NCBI GenBank assembly: GCA_028534125.1 | Contig: CM052823.1 | Coordinates: 74,276,001-74,340,000 of the forward strand | Reading direction: 5' to 3' | DNA length: 64,000 bases | Source of the DNA: Lama glama | Lineage: Eukaryota | Shown here: in pieces, positions 61,366-64,000 of the stretch | Position numbering within the stretch: position 1 is the stretch's first letter | Layout of the letters: each line of letters begins with the position of its first letter | Notes under the pieces: model-generated | Databases searched by the model: none | Told to the model about the DNA's origin: nothing | The model's input: the letters and a program-made list of their open reading frames with translations, nothing else | Program-made: the position numbers and the translations under genes

Positions 61366-64000
61366 CACTTGGAACACCACGCCGCATCACTCAGGATAAT
61401 AACAATAACAACAAGGGCAACAATGATAATAATAGCTGTCATTTATCGCATACTTACTATGAGCCAGGCATCGAGATATTTGCGTTGCATACAATAGCTC
61501 ATTAAATCCTCAGGATCATCTGCTCTCGATTTCTTTATCAACTCTCGTATCTAAATAGCTCCCAAGTACTGTTAGTTCACAGTTTTGTCCAAACTGTCCC
61601 TTCTTTCCCCAGGGCAGTTTGGAACATCTCTACCCCTGCTCAGGACCAACGAGATACCCTCCAAACTGGACTCTGCAATTCCAGACTGCTTTCCTGCCCA
61701 CCAGTATCACTTACACAGATATAACGGTCAGAAAAATTCTCATTTTATAATTTCAGTAGAATGGCAGAAGCCAGAATAATTTTTAGAAAGCTCAAAATCT
61801 TCTATAGCTTCCAGTGACCGTTTGGCTGGCATTCAAAGCCTCCGTAATCCGTTTCTGCCCTATCTTCTCAGCCGTGGTTTCCCTACTTCTACTCTCTGCT
61901 TTCTCTGCAACCCCACTCTTGCACACACCATCCAAACCCACAGCCCGAAGCTCCCGCTGCACAGCTCTTCCGCCTGGGCCTTTATTCACTTATTCTCCAG
62001 CCCCTTGCTAGAGTCCAGGCATGGTTCTCTGTGCTCCCTGCCTTCTCCTGCACATCCTACAGGGTTATGTTTCTCTTGCGCATGCAAGCCAGGAATTACT
62101 TCTCTTCCATAAAAATTAGCTCAGTTCTTTGTATATTAGGATGTAATTAATAAATGTTTCTGGGCTCGAGAGCTGCATCTGTACCTCTGTGCAGAAATTA
62201 AAGTCCAGAGGCTCAGATGAGGGGGGAGGATTTGACACAAGAGGGGTGGGCAAGCAGTGGGTATGTTGTGAACATAGTGGCTTCTCACAGAGGTTTCCAT
62301 AACCAAGGTAAACAAGAGAAGGGGTGAGCGGACAAGAAAGGAGCAGCAAGTGATGAGAAGACACTATATTTTTTGCCCAAGAAAATCACCCTCTGTTTCT
62401 AAGTCTTGTTTCCCCAAAGGAGAAAGAAAGATGAGAAGGGAGGAAAGGAAATGATGCTTCCCCTGTATCACCTGTTAGTACTCCCAACGACGACAGCAAG
62501 TAGATGTTACTACTCCCACTGAAAGAAACTGAGATTCAGGATGTGAAACAACTTGGCTGAGGTCTATGGGGAGATGCTGGGAGAATTATGATTCCCACCC
62601 CGCCTGTCTGACTCCAGCATCTTTCTTATTTCCTGTACACATGTTGGGGACTAATGAAAGAAAAAGCTGAAACTTCTATTTGAACTGTTTTCTGAGTCCC
62701 TTTCTTCTCAACTCTCAAATTCCATCCATGAACTCAGTCAGCAGTTCCCATAAATGCCTTTGCAGAGTCCCCATGCCAGGATCCCTGTGGGTCCCCTTCA
62801 CGCAGTTCAGCTCGGATGAAATACTCAGGCACCAGAACAGGAGATTTCAAAGAGAATGAGCTGCATCGTAATTTTCTCTGCCTCTCTTACTTCCCTTAAG
62901 CAGGCGGGGAGATTTGCAACCATGTGGATCCCACTCGGCCATGACCCTCAGCAGCCGGCATTCATCTTTGAACTCCTCCCACCGTTTCCTGAAGAGCACT
63001 GTCATGCCTGAGATATTCAGTGACTGATGGCAAAGTCACTAAACATCTAGATTTCCTGATCTATTTGTTCCTCCTTTCACCCCGTCCTTTTCAAGCTGAG
63101 AGAAAGGGCTCTGCTGTTCAGAGGCCCTCCCCAAATAGCACACGCTTCTTTAGGGAAGCGACGGCTTGATTCAAAGAGGCTGCTCTTTTCTGGTATCCTT
63201 TGTTGTGTTCCGTTCCTACTCCCCCGTTCCCCCTTCACTAGTTCCTGTCTCTCTTACCCACTCTTTGGCCAGTGTCCATTCTTCCCTACAGACTTTCAAG
63301 TGTATCTATTTTAATAGAGTATTGCACAGTATTCATCACCTGTTCCTTCTTCTCATCACATACAGCCATGTGCTCTTGGCAGGCATTTACTGAGCATTTA
63401 CTGAGCATCTACTATGTGCCAGGTTCTGTGCCAGCAGCTGGTCCTCATAATTTCATTTCTGACAATCACAAGAGCTTCCAAATGGATCTTCCCACCTTAA
63501 ATTTCTCCTTGAATCCATCTACAGCATCCTGCCGCCAAATCAACCTTCCTAAATCTCTGCTTGGTGAACAGCCTTCTCCACCCGTCAGCCCACAGGATTA
63601 AGTCCTTACTTAGCAGCTCTCCCCTGTCTGCCCTCTGGATGCCTTTCTGACTTTTCCCCCTCCATACACAATCTGCATTCTAGTAAGTGTGCTCTACACA
63701 TCTGCTCCTCAGTGTGCCATGTGCCTTTCCACCTCTGGGTCTTAGAGGTCCTTGAATTTCCAAATTCCACTCCATGTGTGCTTAATAAGTGTTTGTAGGG
63801 GCAAACCCATACCCCCTGGGGTGACAGAGGATGCTGCCTGAGCAGGAGGCTCTAGTCAAAGGGGAGAAGCAGCCCAATACTCGTCCCTAAGAGAAGTCTG
63901 AATGTCCCGGAGTTCAGGCTGAGAAGCAACACTACGGTCATGTCTGTCCATAGAGGTCCAGTGACCTGAGGAACTTCAGGCTCCTGATCCGAAGCGTGGC

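Noticed and set aside
55300-64000. Search for SHC4 exon 6 (DTTDYVAYVAKDPVNQR-like) and the nested EID1 gene
   Set aside because: No matching sequence was found. Both presumably lie beyond the right edge.

Overview
Mammalian genomic DNA, most likely a camelid (inferred from the short tRNA-derived SINE family and the cetartiodactyl-type L1 3' ends). It holds two intron-containing genes in tandem on the minus strand. The first is the 3' half of SHC4 (ShcD/RaLP adaptor): coding exons 7-12 at 55292..34728, with a 3' UTR to about 32380. About 4.8 kb downstream lie the CpG-island promoter and 5' part of CEP152: non-coding exon 1 and coding exons 2-9 at 21465..3369, with the gene continuing past the left edge. 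All 14 coding exons read by hand have AG/GT boundaries and splice in frame. Exon numbers follow the human genes as recalled. The rest is intronic or intergenic sequence rich in L1, L2, MIR, MaLR/ERV LTRs, DNA-transposon fossils and SINEs, plus a 500-N gap. Most ORFs in the supplied track are spurious. I found no convincing new multi-gene biological system. The most unusual items are: a 253-bp insertion made of two inverted ERV-LTR termini with a 4-bp target-site duplication; a probable shifted splice acceptor and a candidate cassette exon in CEP152; a 48-bp templated duplication over 3.2 kb; a candidate L1 3' transduction; and a SINE-donated poly(A) signal in the SHC4 3' UTR. Repeat family names come from recalled consensus sequences, not from a search.
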